The position numbers and the translations under genes are program-made. DNA of 64,000 nucleotides from Balanoglossus misakiensis. Lineage: Eukaryota > Animalia > Hemichordata. This document shows, in pieces, positions 17,824 to 31,300 of the stretch; position 1 is the first letter of the stretch, and each line of letters opens with the position of its first letter. Location: contig CM082590.2 of the NCBI GenBank assembly GCA_040954595.2, forward strand, positions 8,867,764 to 8,931,763, given 5' to 3'. Under the pieces are notes generated by a model. The model did no database searches and was not told the origin of the DNA. It saw only the letters and a list, made by a program, of their open reading frames with translations.

Positions 17824-19680
17824 CTCCACTGTTCAGCCCCCTGGAAAACGATACACACAGGAATGTCAGTGATAGGGTTCTAGGAGTGGTCCCCCCTGGA
17901 TAGTCACTCAACAACCTGGCACAAACCCAAGCCTATCTTTACCCCAGTGCCGAAATCTTCATGGGGTAAACGCCCAGGGGGATACTGTCCTAATAGCTCT
18001 TCCTAGCTCGAGCACATATAAGATTGGTCTGAGGCCAATTATGTGCTCCTCCAGGACAGTTACCCCCTGTATTTAACAACCAGACTGATTTACTATACAC
18101 TGATATGCACTCGGGTCAAAATGACAGAGGAACCCCTTGTGCTTACAATCTTTATCTGCGGACTGACGTAATTCGCTGAATAGGTCATTAAATTCCCCGC
18201 CTGATCCTGTCTGACCCGCACTCGTTTCGAGTGATATACAGAAAGACAGACAGCATGTATGTGACGTCCCTGGATTATAGAAACACAAATCATGAACCAG
18301 TCTGAATTCAGAAACTGCCCTTGACCTTCTCTGACCTACATAGTACATGTATTCTTCAGCTCTCAACATTGACCTGAACTGACCTTGAACTAACACTGAC
18401 CTTATTCATGTTTTGTTTTTTTCTTTTGTGAGAAACTCTAGGTTTATTCTTAATTCCAAGACACAATGAACAATCATCGGTCAGTTAAAAATAGCTATTC
18501 TTCTTCGCTGGCCCAAGCTCATGGGGATATGCGAAACTGACACGAAACTGATGGCCTAGTTGAAATTGACACCACTCTTAGTTATGCTAGTAATCATCTT
18601 TGCTACAAATTTGCTCATCCCTGCTATTCCTGCCTACATAACTGCAATTGCTCATACAACTGTGAAATGTTATCATCAATATCATATATGCACCTTATTG
18701 TCCCTGTTTGCAGAAAATGTTATTGCATTTACAGAGATGATCATGCGACTAAGTCAAAGGTCATGACATTTTCCGACATTCTCAAAACCCTGATGTTTAT
18801 TTAGGGGACACTCAGCCGGTACCATCACCACTACGAGTACATGCAGAACGTGTAGTTGCCAGACAACATATAAAGCAGTCGTACAATAAACAGATCAAAA
18901 AGAATAATTTATCATGGGGAAGTCAGCAAAATAAACTGTCAGGATCACAAGACCTATCACAAGACCTGAATGATGGAAATACATTTTAGCATATCTCATG
19001 TTTTTTTGAGAGGTGGTAATTTGGCTAATGATTAATAATCATAGTGTAAATATGATGTTTTTCATTTTTGACAATTATTGTATTTTCACGTTTTAAACTT
19101 CCATTTGCAGGTATCGTAAGTGCCCAACCATTCTGTGGCCAAAACACCAGCGCAGAAACCTGGCCACTATCAACTATCATTATGTGACCATCTACCCAAG
19201 TCAATTTCAGCCATAAAATGTACATGCGTAAATAAAACCTGGAGTTATTGACGCTTAGTTGGCAAAGTCTTTTGTTGTCCTTCGCACGTTTTATTCAGCA
19301 AATCAAATAGCTTTTCAGAGATATCTGATAAATTGAGTATGCTGGGTCATCGGTCAAATGTTATCACTGACAGACCTAACCATTATTGTAACCCATTAAT
19401 TGTAACCCCTCACAGTCCTGGCCCCATCGCACTGCCTTCGCAAAGGTATCCTCTTTAATTAAAGGCACCCTCAACGTTCACCTGGCTTGCGAATGGGGCA
19501 AGTTCTGCACACAGCGTATATACACCATAGGGGCTTGCTTAACCAAATCGGAGAGGGCACGTTATTTTATGTTTGTTAGAAACAGCGAATTTTGCTTATC
19601 CCTGCTAAAACAGCGCGATTAAAATGGATATTTAATTTAATTATTATATCGCAGTTATGAAATAGCACTTAAATATTTAA

Positions 19681-20281
19681 AGGGGAAATCCGTCGTAGCT
19701 GATTTCTACATAATTTGGTAGCTTTGATGTCACTCTTTCAGAAAAAAACATATTCGCCATGTATAGGTCGCGCGATTTTTTACAAAATCTAGGGAAAGTT
19801 GGCAATATGGCGTTTACTGTAATTTGAATCATGGGAAAAAAAGCGCCAGGACCAACTTCCGCCCACCTTAGTGTGGGTGATACCATTTTCCGATTGGTGT
19901 CACTGCGTCACAAGCTAAGCGTATTTGCATATTTTCCATGGGTTATAGCTCATGAAAACTGTCAATAGATGACAAATTTTCGACTTTGCTGATGATTGTT
20001 TATCAACTGATGCAAAGAACAAACAATAGCTATGAAAATACGCCTAGTCTGTCGCCCAGTGACACCTATCGGAGAATGGTATCACCCATACCATGGTGGG
20101 CGGAAGTTGGTCCTGGCGCTTTTTTTCCCATGATTCAAATTACAGTAAACGCCATATTGCCAACTTTCCCTAGATTTTGTAAAAAATCGCGCGACCTATA
20201 CATGGCGAATATGTTTTTTTCTGAAAGAGTGACATCAAAGCTACCAAATTATGTAGAAATCAGCTACGACGGATTTCCCCT
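19681..20281. mobile_element. 601-bp foldback MITE with ~200-bp near-perfect terminal inverted repeats, TTAA TSD
   Basis: TTAA|AGGGGAAATCCGTCGTAGCTGATTTC...GAAATCAGCTACGACGGATTTCCCCT|TTAA. The ORF track shows the same peptide on both strands. Confidence 0.92.
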
Positions 20282-21129
20282 TTAAATATGACAGAAGCCC
20301 TCAATGTTTATCATTAATATTAAGCAAATAATTTCTGGTAGGAGCTCACAATTCTAACAATGATACAGCTACATATGAGGGCACCATTCTCAATCACTGG
20401 ATTTCTCGTTTAGTGGGTGCGTGAATTGCCTATTGATAATTTGTGAGGCTTTCGTTCGCCACTGAAATTTTTATCTGGTAAATAAATTGTGTTATATAAA
20501 TATGGATACTGATATACTAGTGTCCATCTCAATGATGGGGGGGGGGGTCACGTTGATATCTACAAGCTCTATTTTAATGATAAAGAAAAATCAATAAATC
20601 AGACTCCCTTTTAATCAACGCTTTCTATTATTCCGTACGGAGGTAAAAGTACAAATATCCAGTATACCGCATAATTTAATTAATTTATTTGATCTTTGTA
20701 GCGCTTTGGTGGAATTCAAATCAGCTGACAGTGACATGACATTATTTTTGCTGGGGTTGTGAAACTTACAAACCATGCAAGACGTTTGCCACTATTATAA
20801 TATTTGACGCCCCTTAAACGCAAGCTGTTTTCCAGAGGTTGGGGATATCAGTCTAACAGGTTTCTGCTCGATACATGTTCTCGACGACCCGTGTTTTGAA
20901 ATGTGAGCTGCTTTTTTCGTCTGACCAAAAATGGTAAGCGTTTCTGCAAAGAAAGATGTCGTCTGCAGCAACCCGGTCTATACCGGCGTAGCAGCAAGCT
21001 CGGTATAAACACGCTCTGACAGCGTACATCGCACGGCGTACAAACGCTGCCATGCCCCGACTGTCAGAACAGTTACCCGATAAAGGTCTCCTCTTCTAGA
21101 AACACTTCAAAAGATGCTGTTCTGCTTAC

Positions 21130-21210
21130 CTGCGCTCCGATTTCAGTAATATCTTCGATCGATTCCAGTCCTCAACAACCAAACGAGGTCCTCTCAGGTC
21201 AGTGAACTTC
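21130..21210 (-). other. Probable non-coding first exon of the pyruvate kinase gene
   Basis: The ATG exon has a splice acceptor at 17841, so an upstream exon is required. A strong donor CAG|GTAAGC lies at 21130/21129 in a CpG-richer region. The 5' end is approximate. Confidence 0.55.
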
Positions 21211-21653
21211 TGCGCAAGCGTAGTCAACCATCACTGTGTTGTCCTTCCGAGAAGACAAAACAAAGTGCGATTTACTACAGACCTTTACATATATAAAAAA
21301 TAGTTAGAATAATTAAATAAGTACAAACTAACAATATTTCAACCACCATAGAGCTAGTAAACATTGGTATTTCTTGCAGGTTGTCGAGAACAATTGGTGC
21401 GTAATGATATCCTTTTTATGTATGATGTGGTGCGCCAAATCTCAATATAACTGTAAATCACCTGATATTGATTGGGGGAAGCAGACGCTTCTTCATTAGC
21501 ATATTACGGTAATATATGCGTTTGTTACCGTAATATGCTAATGAGTGCGTCTTTAACTGTCTCATTATCATATGAATAATTACAGTATATATTGAAATGA
21601 GGGCAAAGGCTAAAAACGCATGGAACATTCGCGGTCAGAGAGGCCCTTGTAGT

Positions 21654-21693
<40 letters not shown>

Positions 21694-21727
21694 CCACCAC
21701 CACCACCACCACCACCATCATCATCAT

Positions 21728-21786
<59 letters not shown>

Positions 21787-21810
21787 CCATCATCATCATC
21801 GTCATCATCG

Positions 21811-21844
<34 letters not shown>

Positions 21845-22081
21845 TTATCTATGCATCATCATAAATCATGCAGGAGTGACTTTGGAAAATTGATTAATGC
21901 CGTTGGTGGCGCTATGTCATATTCACTTCATGATCTCTCTCTCTCTCTCTCCTCTTTCTCTCTTTCTCTCTCTCCTCTCTCTCTCCTCTTTTTTCTCTCT
22001 CTTTCTCTCTCTCCTCTCTCTCTCCTCTTTTTTCTCTCTCCTTCTCTCTCCTCTCTCTCTCTCTCCTCTTTCTCTCTCTCT

Positions 22082-22111
<30 letters not shown>
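21654..22111. repeat. (CAT)n/(CAC)n tract (21654-21844) and (CT)n-rich tract (21934-22111)
   Basis: Read directly from the sequence. Confidence 0.95.
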
Positions 22112-22112
<1 letters not shown>

Positions 22113-24833
22113 AGGTTGTGCAAAACGCGCTCTACTGAAAGGGAATAATCTCAATCGTCGATTTGCGGTAAATTGTGATTTTGATGTCGGGTTTGAAAGG
22201 AATTTAGATTGCGGATATTTTCGAGTTAATGGTCGTTATAAACAGGCCTTTAAATTCACTTACAATCCAATGAATATAATTTGCGTGTCTATTCCGTAGC
22301 AACGAACGCATAGCGCGTGTCATCACCCAGACCAGCGTATAGTTACAAGTAGGAATACTTACACTGTTACCGCGTCCAGTTTTAATATCGCTACTGGTTA
22401 CCATGACAATCGAAAGGTCCATACTGGGAGACAGTTGCGGCTTCTCTGCAACATCACTTCCAACATTGGCGCCGACGTAAGATATTGCAGTCGCTGTTGT
22501 AGCGTACATCATTTTGAACGAGTGTGCATTAGGCCTACTACGTTGAAACTGTATTTGTGAAAGTATAGTTTTCGCAGGAATCGACTGAACCATTCTATTT
22601 TTACGGGGGTAGGCGGCAGAATCAATGATGAATGTCGTGTCCCAACATCATTCTTGGAACACTCGGAGCAATACCGCGCCCTCTATTGGCAATGGCAAAA
22701 ACTGAGCCCTTGTCGAAAAGCTGATACTCTCCATGTACATGTATTCACTTTCTTCATTAGAGTTTGAGCGGTTCTTTTTAGCTTAGTGTGTGTTTATTTG
22801 TTTGTTTGTTTGTTTAGTTGTCTGTCAGCCTTTGCGTTTGTTTCGTGACAGCTGTCACTCCATAAAAGATTTATTAATACAATTCTACTCTAAAGATATA
22901 CGACTGACGGGGGTGATCATGAACTCCCTGTAATCTCATTAATCCGCGAATTAAGCCCCTTGGGGATAAGCATCACACAGGGAGATTAAATGTGGAAGAT
23001 TAGATGGAGATAACACTCAATTAAGACACAGAAAATGTACATCGTAAATCTCTGATTAAATTCCCTAACCGAAAAGGAAATCAGGTGAGAACCATTTTGG
23101 GAAGAACATTGCTGAAGCAGTCACACACACACATACACAGTGAAACATCTACAACTAACATCCAAATGAAGTCCATCCACATTCAACATCAAATGATTAT
23201 CAAGGCTGGCCCAATTGGGGAGATCAGCATACTTGAGAACATTTTTGTCAGTCAACCCAATATCACTCATGTCTTCAACCATGCACATTATTTCAAACAC
23301 AGACACAGTAATTTTTTCAGAAAGGCGCGGCAGGTTTTTATTGAGCAACATAGAAGAAGCAATAGGTATACTATACAGCAACTTAAGTCAGTTGGAAACC
23401 TCTGAACTGAACAAACTTCTCAGAGTCTCTGCCTGGTGTAGTCTCTTTCTGATGGACCGATCAAAACTCGCAAACCATTTCAGCCAATCACAGCAACAGA
23501 AACCCACCAGGTCAAAGGTTGCTGGATAGTTACTTAAACGCACAATACAGAAGAAACGAAATAGTCCATATCAAAATGAAAGGCGAAACTAGTCTGAACA
23601 AAGAAAGTGCGATGGTTGAAATGTAAAAATAGATAAAGAACCTGTCTAAAATACATTGTTTTTTTCAAAACTTTGGTCTCTACACCACAAAAGATAACAT
23701 GCACTTCAGTAAAGGGTTGCCTGACCAATCAACAGCCAACACATCAGATGATCTACCAATCACAACCAAGCTTATTCAGTGATGCAGGCCAGAATCATAA
23801 AAGCTTTGCTTTCATTAGTTGAACTCAATCTACAGGAAACGTTGATCACGTTTGGTGGAGAATGTAAGTTTACAAGCTACTGAATATAGCATGTTCCTTG
23901 TACAGTTCTAATATGCAAATGTTCACCTGGTCAACACAACCAATCAAATAAGGTCGATATTATTTCAGTGGAAAGAAATATTTATTGGCCGAAAGCCATG
24001 AAGTTATTACAGCTGCTTTTAAAACGATCCACAATAAGAGATGACAACCACCCCTCCTTTTGTCATGTAATGGAATGATCCACTTCTTAGCCGGGATCAG
24101 ATCACAAAACAAAACCAGGGGCATAAATAACTATGTTAAACCAGTATTTTAGTTTCTCTAACCTATACCATCAACTTTTAGGTAACAGTTCGTAAAACAT
24201 ACTGTGCAGCTAAGTTATACTCTTCAAAATTGATATTTAAATGAAAGAGTCTTTCTTCTTACATAAACTTCAAAAGATATGTTAGTTCTCTTAGTCATTT
24301 TAAACACCCCTATTAGTCTGATAGATGGAATGTTCCTATACTGCAATTACTGGGTTATTCCATTGAACATACGTAATAGGGGTAGACCTGTTGATAGAAT
24401 GCCTCTATGACACTTACAAAGACTATACCCTTCTCTCGTTTCAAGATCTCACAAGTTTGGCTGGGACAGCTTGATTGTTCAAATAAATACCAGTCTCTGA
24501 TTGGCTGAGCTTGATCACCTGATGAAAAAGCTTTGACTTTATTGGTCAAGTTTATCGTAACGTCATTGTGATCACCTGATGAAAATGCTCTCACTCTATT
24601 GGTTAGATTGACCATGATGTCATCGCCACTGGTGTATCAAGCTAGCCAATCATGAGACTGTTTCTAAACCTTGATTTGAAACACAAAAATTCTTCGAAAA
24701 CATTTCCACAATAAACGATTCAGTCAAATTCTGCTATCGTACACAGATAAATACAATGTGTATAAGGCAACCACCCGAAAAATGTGCCCCAGAAATACAT
24801 TACACAGATCCTAAAACAGACCTATACCAACAG

Positions 24834-24952
24834 AGCCAATCAGAAAAGCCCTTCTACTATGACTGGCCAATCAGGAAAGCCTATCTACTAGGAAGAGCCA
24901 ATCGGAAAAGCCCTTCTACTATGAAGAACCAATCAGAGAAGCCCTTCTATTA
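24834..24952. repeat. ~30-bp minisatellite, 4 copies
   Basis: Unit approximately AGCCAATCAGAAAAGCCCTTCTACTATGA. Confidence 0.85.
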
Positions 24953-25386
24953 GGAAAAAATCCACCTCCGTGATTGCTTTATTTATACAGATACAAGTAG
25001 GCTAAATCCCACATGAAGAAAATTTGTCCAAAAAAAAAAGAACCTCAAATAACACACCAGAAAGTAAATGCCAATGTTACCCTATCTTCTTTACATTTTA
25101 TTTGTTGACTTTTGAAAACAAGTCTTCACAAAATTCTCTTGATGAGAATGATTTTCTATGACATACTGAGTGAATAGAAAATAAAACCAACTGTTCTAGA
25201 ATGAGTTTCAAGAACCACTTTTTTGTCTAAAATAATTTTCAAGCAAACACTATGAATGCCCAGTTTCAATCAAATTTTGAGGATATTAACGTAAAAGGGA
25301 AAGAAAGTTTCTGTGTAATGGCGTTGTCGATCCGGGGCGTAAATAAGCAAGCAGGCAAGGGGGGAAAGAAACAGCTTCCAGAAGAT

Positions 25387-28300
25387 TTACTGGTAGTTAG
25401 CTTGGAATTCCGTCATGAACTGGGCCATGGTAAATGTCTCTTCCAGGGTAATGGCGTTGTACAGCGACACACGGATACCGCCGACAGATCTGATGTGAAA
25501 TAATCGAGAGAGAAAAACACGCGAGTCAGAAATGCATTTCACATAACAGGAAGTGAGGTTTACTGAGTGAAAGGTAACATTCAACGTAGAACAATCGGAC
25601 ATGAATTATAAAATCGAGTGTGTGAAACAGGAAGTACACTTTTCATGGATTTTTTGTTTGCTTCAGAAAGATTTTAATAAGAGCCATTTATGCAACCAGT
25701 GTCTTTTGTATAAAACACAATGCTAAAAATGAAAATCAAAACAAGCATGAATGAACATGAAAGTTGTTGGTCATTTCCATCACAAAGGTATTGACATAAA
25801 AACTACTAACTTGTATAACTTGTTACATTCTCTCTCCACAATCTTATTTTTCAAATTCCACCAACTTTTATTCATGATGCCAAATTTGTTTTCAAACAAG
25901 GTTGTATAACACTACAGGTAGTTTTTTTTAAACAAATTCTATAATTTTTTTCAAGACAACACATTTTCTTTCCACAGTAAATTCTACAGCATATTTCTCT
26001 CGTCCGCTTACCTGTGTCCCTTTATTGAGACCATTTTACGTTTCTGCGCCTCAGAGATGAATTTCTTCTCTAGTTCGTCAACACCATCGGGACCGCCTAT
26101 CCTGAAGCACACATTCATTCGGCTACGATAGCTGGCATCAACGGGACAGCTGAAAAAGTCAAGAAGGAAATTCGGTGAATTCCATGGAAACCAGGAAAAT
26201 ATGCATCTTATTTGATTGCTCAGAGTTGATGGCTAGCATTGAGTTTTTTATAGTAGTGTCTCAATCCAAAGGAAACATTTTCATAGTCAGTTTCGACATG
26301 CCATAGACATACACTCACCAATATACATATACCCTCATACACACATAGACTTGACTATCTCTACACATTATTTCACACAACATCATTATTTAGTTTTGAA
26401 AGCATTATTTACCAGTAGAAGTTATTCGACTCGTCGATGACGTCGTAGATGGACTTGGCCTTGATGGCGCTTCTCTCCTCCATGATGTCAGTGCCTCCTT
26501 GTTCCTTCAGCCATTCAAACACCAGACCCATGATGTAGATGCTGAAACCGAGCAATCAGGAAGAAGCCATTAAAATACTGACCAATCATGACCAAGCTTA
26601 CACAGCAATAACCAGAGTCATCATAAAAGGTCTACATTCATAGGTGCAATAAATTATCCCCATGATGTAGATATTAAAACCAAGCAATCAGGAAGAAGCC
26701 ATTAAAATACTGACCAATCATGACCAAGCTTACACAGCAATAACCAGAGTTATCACAAAAGGTCTACTTTGATTGGTGCAATAAATTCTCCATGTGTGGT
26801 ATCAGCAATCAGGAAGAAGCCATTAAAATACTGACCAATCACGACCAAGCTTACACAGCAATAACCAGAGTTATCACAAAAGGTCTACTATGATTGGTGC
26901 AATAAATTATCCATGTGTGATACTTGGAAATGTCGCTTCTGAAATACCACAGTCTGTGTAGTTTTTCCGACAACTGGATGGTTATATACAGCTACAAAAT
27001 TCATCGAATCAAAACCAACATGTCGTTGAGATTCACCGTACCTGTATGCGGGCGGTGTGTTGAATAGCGAGTTAGCTTCCGTCTGCGTCTTGTAGTCAAG
27101 GATTGCGGGACAGATGGGCAGGGCGTGTCCGATCAGATCCTCGCGCACGATCACGAGCGTCACGCCGGCGCACCCGATGTTCTTCTGCGCTCCGGCATAA
27201 ATCACGCCAAACTGAAAAAAAAAAAAAACAACCATCGTCAGATCTTGTTTGTGTTTGCGATTTCAGTGAGTCCGTGATGACCTAACTACAGGGAACAAAA
27301 ACCCTGTCTAAACAGAAAATTTATAAACCTAACACTCATAACTACTCCAAAAAAAAGGTGTCACTCTTTGTTGTACATCCGCCAGAGGGGACATGCGTCC
27401 TTACATAAACAAGTAACACATCCAACCAATAATGATTTCCTGCGCCAATTTCTTTCAACCTTGACAGATTAATATAAACCCGACAATGAAGCCTAATTAT
27501 CAGATTAAACACAACAGACTTGAATAAACATCACAGACTTGAATAATAATTGGATTTTCTACATTTCCATGACAACCACAAGTTCTAGTTCTAATGTCTG
27601 TCCTAGTTCTTATTTTACACATCCATTGTGGTCATCTCATCACCTTGTACGCCTCACACAGTTTTTTGTTCTTACCTTCGTGACATCGAATGGTTTTGAG
27701 AGGATATTTGACGACATGTCACAGACGATTGGGACGCCGTTTGTTTCTGGAATGAAGGGGAATTCAATTCCTGAAATAAAACAAAAATAAAATGCTTGGG
27801 TTTATTTGATGAATCAAGATATCACAAGGTTTGACTGCAAATCCATGTGTATATATGAATTGTGTTTGATGCTTGTGTTTTGGTAATGTCAGACAAAGAT
27901 GTAACTAGTTTATGATTCAGGACACATATTGTCGGACGCACGACAAGCAACTTTTTTCCCAAAATGGCAAAGATTTTTGATAAGATCTAGTATTCTGACT
28001 CATAGGTCGAACAGACTTGTTTTTTCCTCCCAAGAAACACATAAAAGGTGTTAGGAAGACCTTTCACTTTGACGGAACAGGTTCATGACATTACACTACA
28101 AAAACATGTGTTCGTCAACGGGACGACGATTCTATCAAAATGAGATTATTTTATTAGCGTTGGCGTGATTTTCTCACCAGTATTGATTCAGAACGACATA
28201 AACGTGAAGTGAGCAAACAGGGTTGAGATCAGATAGCTGAGATTCTACAACACGGCACCAGGAAGTCTATGAAGCACTAAGCGACACGAACAATTTCATC

Positions 28301-31300
28301 AATTCAGAACCATTATGTTTCGACTTCTTGACACTGTATTTCCACATCAACGGTTATTTTAGCCAGCCAGCTCTCATCTCCTCTGTGTGAAGTGCCGACA
28401 ACATCACCACAATTGACAAATTTTCCAAAAAAACTAATATCTAAATTCCTCTCCCATCTCCAAACATCGATCTCTTAACACCATTTCTTGTTTCTCAAAA
28501 CATTAGACACGCATCTCGCTCTCTCAGGTGAAAATTTGCGTCACTGAATCGTAAGAATGCTAAATTTGCATACGTTTCTACTTAAACCCGGTTCTGCTGC
28601 TCCAATTTTTGTCCACCCTCGGCGTCGCGGTAATTTTACCGACACGAAGGAAAGCTGAGTTGTCCATATCAGCGTTGGCCATTTCAGAAGTTTATACATT
28701 CATAAATACAACGCCCAACTTTTTCTGTCCAATTTGATTTCATGACGCAGAAAAAAAATAACACCCGACAATAATCCAAAGATCACAGATTTTGATAAAC
28801 CGATGTCGGTACGTCTTTTTGACTACGACTGCATTATTGCAAAACTATATCCATTCATTTCGTACGTTGTCAATCAAAGACAGTATATTAAGAATAATGA
28901 TTCTAAAAAATCAAATTGAGCCAGGTTATTGCAACAAATTGATTCCTAATGATAAGCAATAAAACTCGCCCATCACCCTTGATTCAATAAACTTAGCATA
29001 CACTTCTATTTCGGGGTTAAATTCAATAAATTTGTTTTTCAAAGTCGCACTTGCGGACTTAACAAACCAGAACGTCTTTCGGTTAACTTTAGCCAGGGAT
29101 TTCTAAGATGACGTCAAAGACACAGAAGGCTGAACAGATTTCCATGTATATGGGAAGAGAATCCAATTTCATGGATTGTGAATACTCTTCTTAATATGGC
29201 GTACAATTCAATTTTCTCGAGCTGTGACGTGTTTTGGCATAGTTTAAATGCAAATAGGCGGTTGCTCTTCATCCAAAACGAGATCTGTTTGGGTCAGTTT
29301 TAATACATAACATTATCACATCCTGCAGCGGACTTATGAATGGGTCGTTCTACATGGGAGCATAGGATGGCAATCCAGTTCTTCACAAAGCTAGTGAAGA
29401 AAGGGTCTGTGAGAGCGTTTATGACTGCAAGTGTACAGATGTGTGTGTGTGTGTGCGTGCTTGAGCCTGTGTATTGCAGAGCATTCTCAAATAATTTTTA
29501 AAGCACCAATTGTCAACTCCAGTATATTGATATTCAGACACACATACACACACACACACAGTTACAATCACGATCACCACACACAACCCTGAGATACAAA
29601 TGACACTACCAGCAAGAAAACAACATCACCAAACTTACCGTGAACTGTTTCGTTGGCACAATAGTACAGATATGATGCTTCTGGATTCAGATCCCAAGAG
29701 TCTTGTGGTGGGATCACTAAAAGAAACAAAAAAATATCACAAAAATTTATAATGGAACCATTAACTCAATCATGTTTTTGCTCATGAATGAGAGATAATT
29801 TTTCAAGAAATGAAAGTTTCATAATAGTTTCTTGCTACATATTTTAGGTTTGTTAAAAATAATATGTTAACCCCAGCAACGACCAGATGTGTTCTGCCAA
29901 GCTCAATATAAACTAATTTAGAACGGAGATGCAGTATGGCACGGCTGTTTCAAAAATTAAATTAACTCGAAATAAAGCACACGAAATCCCCTTTCACCTC
30001 AATTATGAGAACCTCCACTATAGGTACTGCGTACAGGATAACAGAAATCACCTTATGGCTTCAAAAAAATAAGTATAGGAAACTCCAAATAATATTATGC
30101 AAATTCTAATTTGCTGTTTTTAAATGAAACCCACTAAATTTTGGTTTGGGTATATTTATTAGAGGTATAAGCTATTTTCTCTCTCTCTCTATTTTGAGAC
30201 CCAAGGTAAAAATTGATATTGATGCGTGTATCCAGATCTGGTACCTCTGGAAGTCAGTGAGAAAATTATCAACGATAAAATATTTATTTTTCAAATATTT
30301 TATTCAAAATGAAGTAGATTTTTTAACAGTATGGTGTACTGTATATTATCTTGTCGTATCGAGGTTCAATTCCTGCGAAATTTGTTTTCCTCAAAATGTC
30401 AAACAAATTGTTGCATCATCTTTTTGCCAGTACCAGTACAAGCAACAGTTTGTGCCGGTTTTATCTCAGGCTTGATTGCTCTCACACTGCAAAACTTAAT
30501 TTATACATTTTATATCACTTGCGCACGAAAAGTCACATCAACTCAAATATGACACTAACATCTTTTAAATGTCAAACGCGAGTTCGACAACAGAAGTGCA
30601 TATTACAGCAATTTCCCAAACAAATTTAGCAGCGTTTACACAATATCCGATTTCATGACTGTTTATTTCCGCCCACACAGAGGCAATTTCACCAAACTGA
30701 AAACAGGCTCCGAATCACACATAAAGAATATTGATTTCAATCAAAATGACCAGAATTTGATAGCTTTTTACTGGACGTCGTTTTCTCATTTCCTTGTTAA
30801 AAGCAAACTCATTCAGATTTCACAAATACACTTTTCTGTTTAAAGTAATCAAGACAAAGATATAAGGTACTGCCTTACAAGTTTCTAAAGTCGAGGAACG
30901 ACGATATTTTACAAGATACCACGAACGAAGGTGCTAACAAGAAAATTAGGCCACGCAAATTCGATATCGGAAAATCTAGAAATAGCTCATTGTAAGCATA
31001 AAGAGAACTTTCTTTAAAAGTCACACCTCATCACCTACGTCACGCGTACAATGACACCACAGATAAAAATTCCCAACAGACGATCGTTCGAAACTAACGA
31101 AACACCCAATGCCACAACCAATAACAAAGCCATTAAAATTTGACTTTGAAAGCATAAAGGACTTTCATCACCACAGAAACCAACCAAGCAAATCATTACT
31201 TTATCAAGACATTTTAATTACAAATGCGCCAATTCATTTCATGGAAACTGACAAGTTAATTTTGTTAGACGTCAAACGTAATTTCACAAACAAAAGTTGA

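Noticed and set aside
19677-20285. Nearly identical peptides on opposite strands, suggesting an inverted gene pair
   Set aside because: An artefact of the long TIRs of a TTAA-flanked MITE.
22625-22705. Possible box C/D snoRNA (ATGATGA...CTGA)
   Set aside because: Not intronic, no terminal stem and no rRNA-complementary guide I can identify. The embedded GCGCCCTCTATTGG fits a CTCF-like site better.
22204-23529. ORFs of 104-129 aa between PK and PSAT1
   Set aside because: No recognisable motifs, no convincing splice framework, and overlapping frames typical of chance.
24834-26915. CRISPR-like arrays
   Set aside because: The repeats are contiguous tandem units without unique spacers, there are no cas genes, and the context is eukaryotic.
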